Shown: piece after piece, positions 1 through 14,309 of the stretch
Layout of the letters: every line of letters begins with the position of its first letter
How positions within the stretch are numbered: position 1 is the stretch's first letter
From: Narcine bancroftii
Lineage: Eukaryota
DNA length: 64,000 nucleotides
Direction: 5' to 3'
NCBI RefSeq assembly: GCF_036971445.1
Contig: NC_091478.1
Location: 94,302,001-94,366,000, forward strand
Notes under the pieces: model-generated
The model's input: only the letters and a program-made list of their open reading frames with translations
What the model was told of the DNA's origin: nothing
Database searches by the model: none
Program-made: the position numbers and the translations under genes

Positions 1-12
1 CGGCAGACACAC

Positions 13-3000
13 CTGGCCAGTGATCCCCAGTTTCCTTTCCCTGCTGGGCAGGGCATCGCCCAGGAGGCTGTGTGACCGGCTGGAGTCTGTGTGGAACATG
101 GTGCCAAGCTCCTCTCCAGAGGTACCATACAAAGCCCTGCGAGGATCAATGCCACTGTACCCCAGCCCATGCCGGTCGTCCTTTGGGATGAAGTCCAGCG
201 GCATCACGTCCTTTGGAGCGAAGGTGACGTTGTCGGGCAGGTACTCCTCCCCTTCCTGCTCCTCCTAACGCAGTGGCAATAAACAAATTGGTAAGAGTAG
301 AACAGTACAGACAAGAACAGGCCCTTCAACCCAACATATCTTTGCTGACTCACCACCTGGACGCACTCCTTCCCACTGCTTCATGCTGGCCATCAACACT
401 TAACTCTCTCAAGGCCTCAACCTAAAACACTGACCACACTTTGCCTCCACAGATGGTGCCTGACCCACTGATATTCTCCAGCGGTTCTGCTTTTTATTCT
501 AATGGATACATATTCAAAGTGTTCCAGAAGATTAGTCAAGTATTATTTTCTTGACATAAATCTATGTTGACTCTGTTCATTTACATTATTACTTATACCC
601 TTTATAATAGACCAGCAACACAACTTCACTCCCACTGTTGTTAGGCTAACAGATCAGGAGTTCCCTGTTCTCTGTCCTCAAGCAAGGGTTCATCTGCTAC
701 CCTCCAATCTGCAGGAACAATTGCTGGATCTGTGAAATAACTGGAGTATTCACTATGTTCCTGGCCACACTTTATTATGTTTGCAGGATATCTGTGCACA
801 GATCAGGTGACCTCACAATTACCAGGTTAACCACACACACCTCAGGTACTCACATGCCAACCAACCGATTAGTGAATGACATGGGCATTGAGAATCCTCA
901 GCGTACCTGTGACTGATGCAAGCCTTCATCTGGCAGGGAACACCCATACACTTTTTCCTTCGTAGCTGTGGCAAACAATGTGAAAAAGTGCGTGAGAATG
1001 GGTCCATTGTACACTCTGAGCACTGTCAATGTACTTCCATGGTAGAATCCTCAGAGAGTTGCGTGATGCGTGACCAACTGTCCAATGCGATACTTGCTCG
1101 GTATTGCCTGGATCTCAGGGCAGAATCCGATAAGAATTGCTACTCTGATCAACTTTCGTCGAGGATTTTACTGAACTGAAACAAACTCCCTCCTATACAG
1201 CTCCTGCTCATTTTTCCCTGATGAATTCTACCAACATCAACACACAAACCTCAGCTAGTGGCTCAAATCTGTGGTTTAGAGCAAGATTTTCCCAGCTGCC
1301 CATACTAAACCCCTCACATAATGGTGACCCTTCTCCTTTGAGCTGGAGGTGGGGGTGACTTCAAGATCAATCAATGTTGGCCCTGCCCTCAGGCCACAAT
1401 TCATTCTGCAGACTTTCAATCCTGTGCAGCACTCACCAGAACTGGAGCAACATCTCAGGAATTCACTGGTACTTCTCTATCTGTACCCTTTCCATACAAA
1501 TGGACTGTGACATTTCACCCTGCACCTGTCTCTCTCTCAGATAATGGGTAAAGATCTGATGGAATTATGGCAAAGAGGTGATTGAAAGTTCTTGTAGTGT
1601 CCTCAGGAACTAACAGTTATCCCACATTCTACAACACTGAGAGATTACCTGGTCACTGTGTGAGCTTGTAGTGTACAACTTGGTTGCCGCATTTTCCACC
1701 ATCAACAGTGGCATAAATGATATCAGTGTACCTGAGGGACTGGGAGAGAACCTGTGTAGTGGGTCCTTCCTCTGTCAAGTTTACAACCTGTTCTCTCACC
1801 AACAAGGTGCAGCCCAGGTGATTTCAGGTAAAGGCATCATCTTCCCATGTTCCCTTAGGCCCACCTGATCTGTGCCATTTACACTGATCCTATCTCCACC
1901 CCACATTCCCATCAACTTAATCCACATGCTACCCTAGAAGCAATTTACAGCGGCCAATTATCCTACCCACCCGCATATGGATGGGATGTTGGAGGAAATT
2001 GGAGTACCTGCAGGAAACCCACGTGTAATTATGGAGAACATGCAAACACCACACAGACAGTGCTGAGGGCAGGAATGAACTCAGGCCCTGGCATTGTGAG
2101 ATCAACAGCTCCACCCACTGCAACCCAGCTTCTGAAAGGGCCTATCATCAAACATCAATCCAGCAGGGGGATAATCCAGAGAACACCGCCCTACTTTCAG
2201 TCCAAGCCTGACCCAAATTGTTCTGTGGAAGGACTCAGACAAATTTCCATGCTGGCTGTAGTTGGTTGTGGTGTGAGACCTGACCACAGTCTGATCCAGG
2301 TCCCACCCCATAGGTTACAACTTGCTGAGGGACTGCCACACAGTCAGGAGGTTCCTCTGGACTATCAAATGTAGTAAAAGACCCTGTAGGACAGTTTTTA
2401 GGTGGGTGGGAATTCTTCCTGCATCCTGTGCCTGATGATTATCCCTCAGCCACCGTCACTGGAACAGACAACTGCTCAGCTGAACAAACACATTAAATGC
2501 GGCAAATGTAACCACATTATGGCCTCTGGGGCATCCCAATCCCAATCCCTGCAAAGAGCCATAGAAATACAATTCTTTCTTGCATCTAATCTTGGGTTTT
2601 TGAAAGCATACCAACCATGAGGGGTCATGGGATGGCCTTCCACAGATCGCTGCCTTTGAGCAGTTCTCTTCACTCGTGGCCCCAGCCCTTGTCCTTCCTT
2701 CCAGCCCATCTTCCGGAGCAATTGTACACCGATTGTTATCCTGGTCAGAATGTTAGACACATTAGTTAATATCCCGGATGAACAAATCTGGTTGATAAAT
2801 GTAGTGAGATCAGTGAGATTAAACAATAGACGAGCAGCAAGAGGGGCAGTCCCCTCCCTTCATTCCCATCATTATAGAGCATAACAGCATAGTACAGGTC
2901 TTTCGGCCCACGGTAAAAACTTACTCAATAAACTAAACCTTCCCTACCTCACATCATTAACCCTCTATTATTCTTGTATCTGTGTGCCTAATAGTCTCCA

Positions 3001-6000
3001 AAATTTCCCCATTGTACAGCCTCCACCACTACCCCTGACGTCTCCCCCAAACTTTCCTCCCCTCATCTTGTACAGCTGTCCTCTAGTATTTGCTACTGTC
3101 AAGCCAGGAAAAACATGCTGGCTGTCCACCCTATCCATGCTTCTCATAATCTTGTAGACCTCTATTAAGTCACCTTTCATTCTTCAAAGAGAAAAGCCCC
3201 ATGCCTCATAAAACATGTTCTCCAATCCAGGCAGCATCCTGGTACATCTCCACATCCATCCTGTAATGAAGTGACCGCAACAGGCCAATCCTCAGGCTCA
3301 ATGATGGACTGGTTGTTGAAGCAACTCCTCAGTTGCTGCTTCAAGGAGTATTAAGCACAGATAATTCTCCCCCCACTCCCCCAACAGAGTAAGACAAGGC
3401 AGCTCATGATCACCATGGACACAAATTTCTATTTGTCATGGGCCTGAGGCCAAAGCAACTTCACCATCAACCCCTCCACCTACCTGACTCCCTTTCAGAC
3501 CATTCACTATCCACACCAAGATGTTATATCACTATCTCTGCCCATCAGGGTGGGAATGACCCTGCCCCCTCCACTAATGTGGCTGCAAGATCACAGGATC
3601 AGCCCTCCACCCCAGCTAATTACCAACTGGTAAAGGTTCAATTATTGTCACATACTACATTTAGAATGTAACATACGTTGTCTACCATAACTGGGTACTT
3701 TAGCCATTGCAATGGGGCTAGGAGAAAGGTCACCTAAGTCATTGCCCCTTTATCTTTGTCAGTACCCCCCGGTTAGAAATCCCCCTCCCCCCAACATTTT
3801 ACATCCAATGTTTACTTGCAATTAGAAAAGCACGGACATCGTGTCTTTGTGTGGGGTGGATCATATCACATGGACTCGATTAAGTTTTTTAAGGAGATGA
3901 AGATGATCGATGAGGTTAGCCTCTGTGGAACCCTCATAGAAGGCTGATCCAGGAGATTACAAGTAAGTCACATTGGATCCATGGCGGTTTGGAAGATTGG
4001 GTTCAAAATTGGTTTAACCATAGATATGAGTAAGGTAATAGTGGAAGCTGTTATTCTGGCTAGAGGTCTGTGACCAATGTGTTTCACAGGGATCAATGCT
4101 GAGACATCTGTTATTTGTACATTCTCGACACATCTGCGTGGGCTTCCTCCAACATTCCAAAGACGTACAGGTTAGTAGGTTAATTGGTCACATGGGTTTA
4201 TTTGGGCAGTGCAGGCTCATGGGCCTGTTACCTGTTACCATGCTTAATTTCTAAATTAAAATATTTGTGGGCTGCTTGATAGGTTTGTAGATGAGACAAA
4301 TCAATTGTGAAGCTGTGAATAGTTGTCAAAGGATTCAGTAGGATACAGTTGAGCTACAGATATGGGCAGAGAAATGGCAGATAGAGTTTAATCTAAAACA
4401 AGCATGAGGCATTGCACTTTGGAAGATCAAATGTAAGAATGTATACAGATAAAGGCAGAATCTTTAAAAGAAGAAGGATTTGGGGGGGTGGGGGTCAAGG
4501 TCTCTAGCTCCCTGAAAGTGGCCACGCACATTGATAGGATGGTAAAGAAGGAATATGGTATGCTTGGCTTCATTGGGTGGGGAAATGAGTATAAGAGTAA
4601 GGAGGTCATGTTGCAGTGATATAAAACTTTGGTTAGGTTGCACATGGAATACTGTGTGTAGTTCTGGTCACCTCTCTGTAGGAAAGATGTGGAGGCTTTG
4701 GAGAGGGTACAGAAGAGATTTACCACAGTTGCCTGGTTTAGAGGATACACGGGGAGAGGTTGGACACATTTGGGTTATTCTCTCTGGAGTATAGGAGGCT
4801 GAGGGAAGACCTGATATAGGTATATAAAATCATGATAGGCACTGATAGAGTAGACAGTCAGAATCTTTACCCCAGGGTAGAAATGTCAAATACTGAAGCA
4901 TAGTGGTTTAAGGTGAGGGGGAGGAAGTTTAAGAGAGATGCATGGGGCAAGCTCTTATCTCCCCACAGAGATTGGTAGGTGCCTGGAATGGCTACTAGGG
5001 AAGGTGGTGGAAGAAACTAGAGTAATGTTTAAGAAGCATTTCAAACAGGTGTTGAATGAAGGGATAATATACATGCAGATGGGATTAGTTCAGATTGGCA
5101 TCCTGGTCAGCACAGACATGGTGGGCTGAAGGGCCTGTCCTACTCCATACTGCTGTGTTCTGTATAGAATGTTGAATTTTTTAGGGGCATTTAGAATTAT
5201 ATCCAGGAGGGGATTTTCAAATGCCCAATATACAATATGCTCTTTTGACCAGTGTTGGAGAGAATGCAGCGGAGAGTTGCCTGGATTGGGGGACATTGGT
5301 TATAGTGAAGAGTTTGGACAGGCAACGCTTAAGGCTGGAGCAAAGGAGGCTGTCTATAGAGGTATAAACAGCGTAGATATACCATGCACCATTCTATCAG
5401 TATCACATGCAAGAGGTCACAGGTTTAAGGTGAATGGAAGATTTAAAGGGGATCTGAAGGGAATGGTTGATTTTACACAATGGTTGATATCTGGAACTCA
5501 CTGATGGAGGAGGTATGTCCAAAGTGTCAGACAACGTTACTTCACCCTGCCGTGAGATTTAAGAGCAGTGTCTCCATCAAGTTTCTTGCAGTCAGCATCC
5601 TGACCCTGTTTATATCTAATGCACGCAGATAGTACAGAGGTCAGCTACTGTCAGAGGGTCTCATCTCCTGACTCATAGCCTCTCTATCAACTTAGTCAGG
5701 TCAGTGACAGCTACCCCCTGGTCATGAGTAGCCCCCACCTGGTCCCCAAAGATTCTCTCACTTTGCAGCGGTGATCAAGTCATCCAAGATAGTAGCCCCA
5801 GGGATCGGGCCTGTCACACTCGCCAGTGCTCGTGACTTCTCTTGCACCTCATCTTTCGCCTTTGAGGCAAAGTCACTCGTCGTCACAATTCCCCTGGGTG
5901 CAATCCCATGCTCCTCGAGATCCTTCAATGCAAGCAGAATCACCCATTGTCAACACAAGTCATGGCGCGTGGCAGTCTGAGAGCTGGCTGCCAACTCCCA

Positions 6001-9000
6001 ATGCCCGGCTCCCACATCTCCTCTCCATCATTCCTTCCGAACCCTTTAAACCCTCCTCCATACCTCCTCCCTTATTCTCCACTGCCCCAACATTTCACCT
6101 TCATTTCTCCCTTCCAACCCATCCCCCTCTCCTCCTCTCCACTCCTAACCATTCACACCCTTCTTAACCTTCATCCTCCTCCCTAACTTCAAAAAGCCCA
6201 ACTCTCCCCTCCCATATTCACCCCCTCCCTTCCACCACTGCCTCCTAACCATCACACCCCTTCCTAAACTTCCCCAAACCCCTCTTCCATACCTTCCCTC
6301 TCCTCAACCTCCACTCCACTATTCCCTCCCATCACTCTCTAACCCTTCTTCCAAACCTCTCCTCCCTTTCAACCTGTCCCATCCCAACCATCTCCCCTCC
6401 ACCACCTCCCCTACTCCAACCCTCCACCACCCTTCCAGCACTTGACTTTCACCCCTACTCCTTACCCTCCACCTCCCTCCCAAACCAACACTCCCTCCCT
6501 CCCCAGCACACCTTCCTTCACTATATACCTCCTCATCCATGAAGTGCTCAGGATTGAACAGCTGCTTCTCTGCCTTTCTCTGCCGTGAAGACACGAAGGT
6601 CGAAGGCGTCCATCCTACACACAGTCACCACATCAGCCTTGCATTCCACATGGGCTATGCCACACAATTCCTCACGCGGGTCGGGGAAACAGGCAGTGTG
6701 ATACGGTTCACAAGCCAAAACACAGGAACAGCTTTATGTGAGCAGAGTAGAAGGCACCTTGGGGGCATGTCCATACAGAACTCACTCACCTCCCTCTCCA
6801 GGAACCTGACTGCTGCCTGGTTACTTAGCCAGGCTTCTCCAACAGACCTCCCAACTCACCAGGAAGGACAAGTGAAACACTGGTGCTCACAGGTTCCCTC
6901 CACACCATCCTGATCTGGAAACATTCGGCCGGCCCTAAATCCTGGAATTCTCACCCCAAGCCCCACCTTCACCACAGCCACTGTGGTTCATGAAGGTAGC
7001 TCACCACCCACCTGCAAGGACAATTAGCAAGGGCAATAACTGCCGCATTTGTCAGCAATACCCAGGTCTCAAGAAATGAATAATTAGAAAAAAAATTAAG
7101 CCCACCAGGGGGCAGAAGCTAATGACTGCTCTCAAGTAGGAGATACTTGGAAAATCTTGATGGGGTAAACGCAGCCTCTCAGTCACTTTTACTTTCTCTC
7201 ACCTTGTGGACTGTGCGTACAGAACTTCCTCACGTCAGTCCATGTCTCACCTTGGTGAGCATGCATACAAAACCCCCTCACCTCATTCTGTTTTACCAAA
7301 AGAAGTATGCGTACACAACTCCCTTATCTCATTCTGTCTGACCTCAAGGGAGTGTGTATACATAAGTCTCTCAACTCACTCCATCTGACATCAGGAGAGT
7401 GTGTGTACAGAATTCCCTTACCTCATTCTGTCTGACCTCGGGGGAATGTGCATGCATAAGTCCTTCACCTCGCTCTATGTCTCACCTTGGGGAGCGAGCA
7501 TACAGAACTCCCTCATCTCTATGTCTCACCTTGGGGAGTGAGCGTACAGAACTCCCTCATCTCTATGTCTGACCTTAGGAAGTGAGTGTACAGAACTCCC
7601 TCACCTCACTTATGTCTGATCTTGGGGAGTGTATATGCAGGATTTCCTCACCTTCCTTTGATCCCACAGAGTTGAAATATCCAGCTGAGAATCCCCCAGT
7701 GAATGCACCATGAAAGCGCTTGTATCGTCCCTTCTCATCCTTCACAGTCTGCTCCTGCAGTGGAATTGGCTTCTTTAGAGAGGTCCCCTGATCTATTAAA
7801 AAAAATTCAGTAACATTGGAGGCAGTCCAAATGAGATTCATCAGGCTTCTTCCTGAGATGAGAGAGTAGCCCTATCAAGGGAAGCTGGATAGTATGGGTC
7901 TGTATTCTTTGGAGTTTACAAGAACAAGGGATAACCTTATTCAAACATATAAGATGCTATGTTGGCTTGACAGGATAGATGTTGAAGCCAAACAATCTCA
8001 GTGGGTCAAGCAGGATCATCTGATGAAGAGTTTTGGCTCAACACGGTGACCATTCTTTTTCTCTCACTGTTGCTGCTCCACCTGCTGAGTTCCTCCAGCA
8101 GAGAGTGTCTGGTTTCAGATTTTAGCATCTGCATCTCCTTTGTCACCAGAATAGATGTTCAGATATCTTCACCAATGGGAAAATTATGAACAAGAGAGAC
8201 AAAGTAACAAAATAAAAGGACAGCATTTAAAACTGAGTCACAGAGGTTTACAGCACGGCCCATGGTGACCAAATTGTCAACTCAAGCTTGACCCATTGCC
8301 TGTACTTGGCCCATATCATCAAAACATTTCCTATCCACAAGTTCCATTGACGTTTTGCCTCAAAGGTAGTAAATCTCTGAAATTCTCAATCCTAAGGGAG
8401 TTGGAAATTGGATCATTAAATATATTTAAGGTGGAGATAGATAAATATTTGAAAAATCAAAGAATTCAGGGTTGCGGGGAACTGGCACAGAAAAGAACAG
8501 ATCAGCCATAATTATTTTGAATGGTGGGATGGGCTTGAGGGACTGAGTGGTCTCCTCTTGCTCCCATTTTCTTGTTTTCAATTCAGCTTAGAGAAAAATG
8601 AAAAATTTGTAATTGAGTCAGAGCAAAGCTCTGCTGGACCCCTGCATTGCTGCTTACACAACCACAGTCCTCCATCCCCATCAGTATCACCGCCGGGTTG
8701 AGCAGTACCAGGTGGAGAAAAACGATGATCAATGATTTCGTCCAAAAGCCATCAGGATAAGGGATGAACCTTCATCGACCACACTTTTTCTCCCATGCTG
8801 CTTGACCCACTGATTTCCTCCAACAATGCATTTAGCTTCAGATTCCAGTGTCTGCAGTCTCCTGTGTGGTTCCATCAGAGATTGAATGTTTCACAGAATC
8901 AAAAGCACTGGAATCACTCAGTAGGACAGGCAGCATTTGCAGAGAAAGAAGCAGGATCAAGGCCCTGAGAGTTCTACTGGAATCATGAAGTATTTCTCTC

Positions 9001-9669
9001 CCACAGATACCGCCTGACTTTGTTGAATGTTTCCAGCTTTCTGTTTTTACTACAGATTTCCAACATGTGCAAATTGATAATTTCTCACCACTTCTACAGG
9101 AGGTATGAGCTCCCATCATTCTCCACCAGCTCAGTGTCCATAGCAATAACTTGCTGGACCCAGAAGCCCCCATTCGCCACTCACACCTCCCCCAGACTGG
9201 TCTTAAGCAATTTTGGCACTCCACCTGCCTTTCAGATACTGGGGTGGGGAAGAGATGCCATGCCTTTGGAACCCCACTCCTGACCAGGTCCAGTGGAAGG
9301 TTAGGGCATAGCTCCGTTGCAAGCTGTGGGTAGCATGGAAACAGCACCAGGTCTCAGCCTCATCCCCCAAGGCCCGGTTAACTCTCCTCCCTGGCTTGGT
9401 AATACACTCTCCAGGATTACCATTTCCCTCTCTCCCTACCCACCTCAGGTTGGATTTACCCTCTCTCTCTCTCTCCCTCCTCTCAGAGCCAGATTTATCC
9501 ATTCCCTCCACCCACTGAGCTCAATTTATTCTCTCCCTTCTTCCACCGCCCCTCACCCCCATCCCCACCCTCTCTCCCCATCCCCGGTGCCGGATTTACC
9601 CTCTCGCTCCTCCAACGCCGACCCGAAGTAAACAAAATCCTCCCCTTCCTCCTCCTCGGCCGCCGCCAT
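13..9669 (-). CDS. GPATCH1: G-patch domain-containing protein 1, exons 1-7 (3' part outside window)
   Basis: Coding exons (minus): 9669-9600 MAAAEEEEGEDFVYFGSALEERE; 7792-7652 KKPIPLQEQTVKDEKGRYKRFHGAFTGGFSAGYFNSVGSKEG; 6614-6529 WTPSTFVSSRQ..FMDEE; 5922-5762 DLEEHGIAP..LDDLITAAK; 2740-2616 G-patch GVQLLRKMGWKEGQGLGPRVKR (donor less certain); 965-907 KVYGCSLP; 264-13 YLPDNVTFAPKDV..GITGQ. All introns GT-AG with consistent phases; peptides match recalled vertebrate GPATCH1. Confidence 0.95.
1930..2110 (-). mobile_element. tRNA-derived SINE
   Basis: Family core GGAGGAAA..GGAG..CC..GGAAACCCAC..GGAGAACATGCAAAC..CACACAGACAG recurs at about 13215-13360, 20310-20381, 48240-48355, 49300-49530 (opposite strand), 52380-52570 and 56560-56720. 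Confidence 0.65.
2870..3280 (-). mobile_element. CR1 LINE 3' fragment
   Basis: [27 protein letters not shown], the typical CR1 ORF2 C-terminus; boundaries approximate. Confidence 0.75.
3830..5510 (+). mobile_element. Decayed CR1 LINE pieces with an embedded SINE
   Basis: RT-region remnants and CR1 3' motifs; SINE-like core GGTTAGTAGGTTAATTGG at about 4170; boundaries approximate. Confidence 0.65.
7230..7650. repeat. Degenerate ~41-44 bp minisatellite abutting the GPATCH1 exon 2 donor
   Basis: Recurring TACAGAACTCCCTCATCTCTATGTCTCACCTTGGGGAG-like units. Confidence 0.75.
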
Positions 9670-9740
9670 CTTTGGGAGCAGCGGGATCTTCGACACCTTC
9701 CGGGTCATCGAGACTTCCGGGTCACGGTGGAGGCCATTCA
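9580..9740 (-). promoter_or_regulatory. GPATCH1 CpG-rich promoter/first exon with ETS(GABPA)-like and YY1 motifs
   Basis: Two CTTCCGGGTCA repeats at about 9697 and 9714. AAGATGGCGGC (YY1 consensus) overlaps the ATG. Confidence 0.6.
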
Positions 9741-10735
9741 GTCCCTCGGCAGGATGATGGATCCTCACGAGTTGTCTCTGTGTCAGGAGATGCAAGTCCC
9801 TGAGAGAGGGAATTTGCCCGTATCCTTTCTTCTAGTGATCCCAGCCACCAATGCGCTGTAACTCCCGCACCCGTAAATCCAGCCCATCAATCCTGCCCCG
9901 TTAATATCATCCCCATCAATCTCAGTCCCTTTACTACCGGTCCCGTTAGTCCCGACCCCTTCCCGTTCATCCTGGTCCTGTCAATCCTGGCCCCGTCAAA
10001 CTGGAGCCCATCAGTCCTGGTCCCATCAATCCTTGCTCCATCAGCCCTGGAACTAATCCTGGTCTCGCCACGTTGACGTTCTTGTTCTTCCTTCCAAATT
10101 AATTGGTTCTGAGAATAAGTCGGGAGCCGAGCAATGCTGCAAATTCACTTGCAAACAATAGTGTCCCTTGTTGATTTCATGGAAATTGGACATGTGATTC
10201 AACACTTTGCCTAATGAGCCAACCCTCATCCTGCCAGCTCTCTGGAGAGGACTTCTCCAGTTTATCCCTGGCTCTTTCTCTGGAATCTTGCAAATTTTTC
10301 TTCACCACATTCAACCTTTTACAGACCAGAGTGGAAATTGCCACTGCCAGTCTTCAGCCAGGACCTTCCAGAATCCAGACAACAAAGTACCTATCCTGTC
10401 TGGTCTCCACGCAACTGAAAGGAAGTTTTTGCAGAGGGAAGATTCACAGGGTGTTGGCTGGGATTGAGTGGCTTATTATGAGGTGAGACTGGTCAGGCTG
10501 GGCTTGATGTAAGCTCAGGGGGTTACCTGATAAATGTGTGCAACATTATCAGAGAGGGTCGGTCCATAGGAACAGTAGGCCAATCATTGAGTCTGCTCCT
10601 CCATTCTATCATGAGCTGATCCATTCTCTCGATCAACCCCACTTCTCTGCCTTCTCCCCATAATTAGATATCTATCAACCTCGGCCTTAACCCAATGACT
10701 TGGTTCCATGGCTGCTCATGCCAGCAAATTCCATA

Positions 10736-11067
10736 AGCTGCTTTCAGGTGGCCAGATTACCCGACTGTAAAACTGCCTATTCTACCCCAATGCGGCTGTT
10801 GGGTGGCTATCTGAAAGTGGAGAACCGTCCAGTAGGAACACTTACCTAACTCTCCAGCTCGGAGAATCCCCTGTTGCACCTAAAGCAGCAGTGGGACTAT
10901 GGGCACAGTCCACAGGAGCTGGCGTTTGCTCAGATGTGGCTCTCCTTCAGCCGGCACATTCAGGTGACAGAAAGGTGCCTTCTCCATGGCCACCTGAACA
11001 TCCCAGCTGCACTCCCCCAGCCCCGTCTGACAGCGCATTATCAGCGTCCGAGCACCTGACAGCAGCT
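10736..11067. mobile_element. PIF/Harbinger-like MITE
   Basis: 15-bp TIRs AGCTGCTTTCAGGTG / CACCTGACAGCAGCT (1 mismatch); flanks ATA/GTA fit a decayed 3-bp TSD; interrupts a CR1-like sequence. Confidence 0.65.
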
Positions 11068-11974
11068 GTAGGTTCACAACTGTTGTGTGTGGAGGAAACT
11101 TGGTCTGTCTGGAATATGTGTATTGCAGATGATCACGTGTTCTCCCTGTCTGAAGCTTATTCAGAAGTAACATCATCTGTCAATCAAAGTTGGACTCCGG
11201 TCACCCATTAGTGCACACCTTGCTTTTGGATAATTTAAATCACCTGGGGTCATTATTGGCTAGAAGAACAGATTTATAACACCCATACACATCATGTTCT
11301 TTCTCTCAGTTTCATGATCCAAGCCCCAGATATTGCACCACACCAGGTTCTACTGTGGACGTCACCGGAAGTGTTGCAGGTAAGCTGTACACTACACTGA
11401 ACCTGAGCTGTAGTACTGCGATAGATCAATACTTGCAGAGAGCTACACCCCTGTTAATACAGGGGTGTGTGTAGGAGTCCTCATTGTAGTGTACATACTC
11501 AAGTGTGTGAATATGTCAAGTCCAACCTAGGTCTGAGGTGAATGTCTATAATCATTGCTTAAGTGAATTAGTAATCGAGTACCATTTTACATTCTCCCCT
11601 GTTGTCTCCTGAGTGTGTTAATTAAAGTTGTGTGTGATTGTTACACATGCGCAGATTCGTCTCTGTGAACCCACCAAACCTGGTACTCTTCCCAACCCAA
11701 CAACAACTCTCTGACTAAGGAAATTCCTCCACATCTCTGTTTTAAATGAGTGTTCTTCACTCCTGAGATTGTACTCTCTTGTCCTTAATTCCTCTACAAT
11801 GGGAAACATCCACTCTGTCCAGACATTTCAATATTCAGAATACTTCTATGAGGTTCCCTTGTCATTCTTCTGAACTCCTCATATGCTAATCCTTTCATCC
11901 CAGGACTCATTCTTGTGAATCTTCTCCAAACCATCTCCAATGCCAGCACATCCTTCCTTAAATAAGGAACCCGG

Positions 11975-12315
11975 GGAGGAGTCACGTGATGGAGTAGTGG
12001 ACGGTCAGGGAGCTCCAGCCCTCTCCGGAAAAGTTTAAAAAAACCACACAAAACACAAAGGCACAAACATAAAAATTAAAACAAAGTGAAAGTAAAGGTG
12101 GGAAGAAAATGGCAGCGAAGAAAGAAAAGTCAAATGCAACGGGAAGAAGAGAAGAAGAAAGAACGTCGGAAGAAGGTGAAGGCCTTACCTGTCCGAGGAG
12201 GCCCGCCGCGGAGAGAGAAGCCCGCTCCCTAAGGTCAGTTGAAGTCCCGAGCTCGGGACTACAAAAATGGCTCGCGGAGTCCGTAAGGGAGGGGGTGGGG
12301 GGGTCCCTGGAAGTG
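11975..12315 (+). mobile_element. Probable 5' UTR fragment of an L1/Tx1-type LINE
   Basis: CpG-rich block beginning GGAGGAGTCACGTGATGGAGTAG, then A-rich tracts, abruptly abutting a CR1 fragment; family assignment from recall only. Confidence 0.35.
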
Positions 12316-12332
12316 TGACTCTGCACGGTACA

Positions 12333-12581
12333 TGATGCATGATCAAATGCACAAAGACTTGCCGAGACTGAAGGCTTTTATTTACAAGAGATGGACAGTA
12401 TCCCTGTGTTGGTCGCTCACACTGAACCCAGACTCGAACTGGGGGCAGGCTTGTGGCATGAAACCTTAATGAGGAAGAAAGGGGGAGGAGTCACGAGCCA
12501 GCCAGTGAGAGCAGGGTCAACCAGGAAAGGTCGTGACTTTACATATGGCATACAAATATATACAATAGTGGTTTCACCACA
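12333..12581 (-). mobile_element. Solo LTR (Gypsy-like)
   Basis: TG...CA termini, perfect 5-bp TSD GTACA (12328-12332, 12582-12586), AATAAA on the minus strand. Confidence 0.8.
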
Positions 12582-14309
12582 GTACAGTCCCTGACAGTGT
12601 GACTCTCCGCATGATACAGTCCGTGACAGTGTGACTCTCCCCAGGGTACACTCCTGAGGTGTGACTCTGCCCGGGGTACAGTGCCTGAAGGTGTGACTCT
12701 CCCCAGGATACAGGCCCTGAAGGTGCCAGGGTGTCTGGGATCTCCAGGGGGCTGGTAGGGGGCACGTTAAACTCGATCTCTGCTCCTTCTGCTGTTGAAC
12801 TGAGCAGGTGTGCTTCGTTCTTGCAGCAAACAAGGATCACGAAGATTCCCTGTCTCAGTTCGGATGACTGGGCAGATTTCCAGATGATCATCTGACAATT
12901 GTTCGAGCTGGACATACTACATTCCACTCTTCATGGCCCATTGTGTGTTGGGGGCCACTGCTCTATGAGGCTGTGTTCTATCTGGGCACATTCCTACAGC
13001 CTCTCCTGCTTTCTCCCACAAGACACTCCTTTCAATCCTGTCTCACCCTGTACTCAAACTGTGCTCCTCACAGTTTTTCACCTGGGTGTGGAGAGCACCT
13101 TGAAAAGCTTCTTGCTCTCAGTTGCCACAGGCAAAGATTATTTCAGATTGTTATTGGATTCCTTACAGCCCATCGAGTCTTGACTGCTATCCTACTCCCT
13201 CTCTAATTAGCCCACACTTCACCTACCCACTCAGGACAATTCATTGCAACCAATTAACCCTGGGGGATGTTTGCGGGATGTGGGAGGAAACTGGAGCACC
13301 CTGGGTAGAATATGCAAACTCCTCACAGGCAGCTTGTAGGTTGGGTTTGAAATTTGACACTGGATCAATGCACAAGAGCAGGGCCTTGGAGTGACAGAGA
13401 TGGAATACTGTCCAGATTCCTTGGAACGTGGATTACACCCAGGCAGTGAGGTCATCAGACAGTGCAGGCACTCTGGAATGAGGTCACAGGACAATGAACT
13501 CTCTTTGGAATGAGGTCAGCACTGAGCCAGATATTGATAGGTGCTGCTCATACACCTTTCAAAGGTTACACCTGTCCCCCCCCCCCCTCATTTCTGGGGC
13601 CCCTTCTCTCATTCAGACACCTCCTTCTCCAGACACACATGTTCTTAGCAGATGAAACTGTTCTCACATATCTTCCCCCATACATCAGCCAAGGATTGAG
13701 AACTGCTTGCTCTGCCAGAACCTGGTGGGACTTTCTCAGCCTCTGCTCTGTAATTCTGCTAAAAACCTGTGACTGTGTGAGATTGGTTGATTTTAATCTT
13801 TGTCAAACTGGATCTTACACTCACCATTCCTGTTCCCACTGCCCCACCCCATTCCTTCCTCTCCCAGCTCAGAGCTTTGTTCATTTTCTCTTCTGCAGAT
13901 GGAGTTCCAGGGAGAGCAGAATTCTGAATCAGCACTGCCCATTTCTGGTGGAGTTGAGGACATTTCATCTCAGAGGGAAGTGATTGCTTGGAATTCTCTT
14001 CCCTAAGTGCAGCACAGGGAGATTTTCAGACCAAGGGAGATCCAGGATTTCAGAGAATATGAAGCTGTGACTGAGATCACAACAACTCTGATGGAATAGA
14101 GTTGCTCGAGGGACTGAATGATCTCTTGTTTATGTTCTTTAATTGGCGTATCCCCTCAGTGGGAAACTCCCAAATGGTCACACTTGTCTCCTGCTGACCG
14201 GGCAGAAGGTACACAGTCCTGCAAACACCAACCTTCAGATTCAAGTTCTTATCCTGCTGTTATCAGACTCTAACATGGACCTCCCTTCAGCAAAAGATTA
14301 TGCTCTCCC

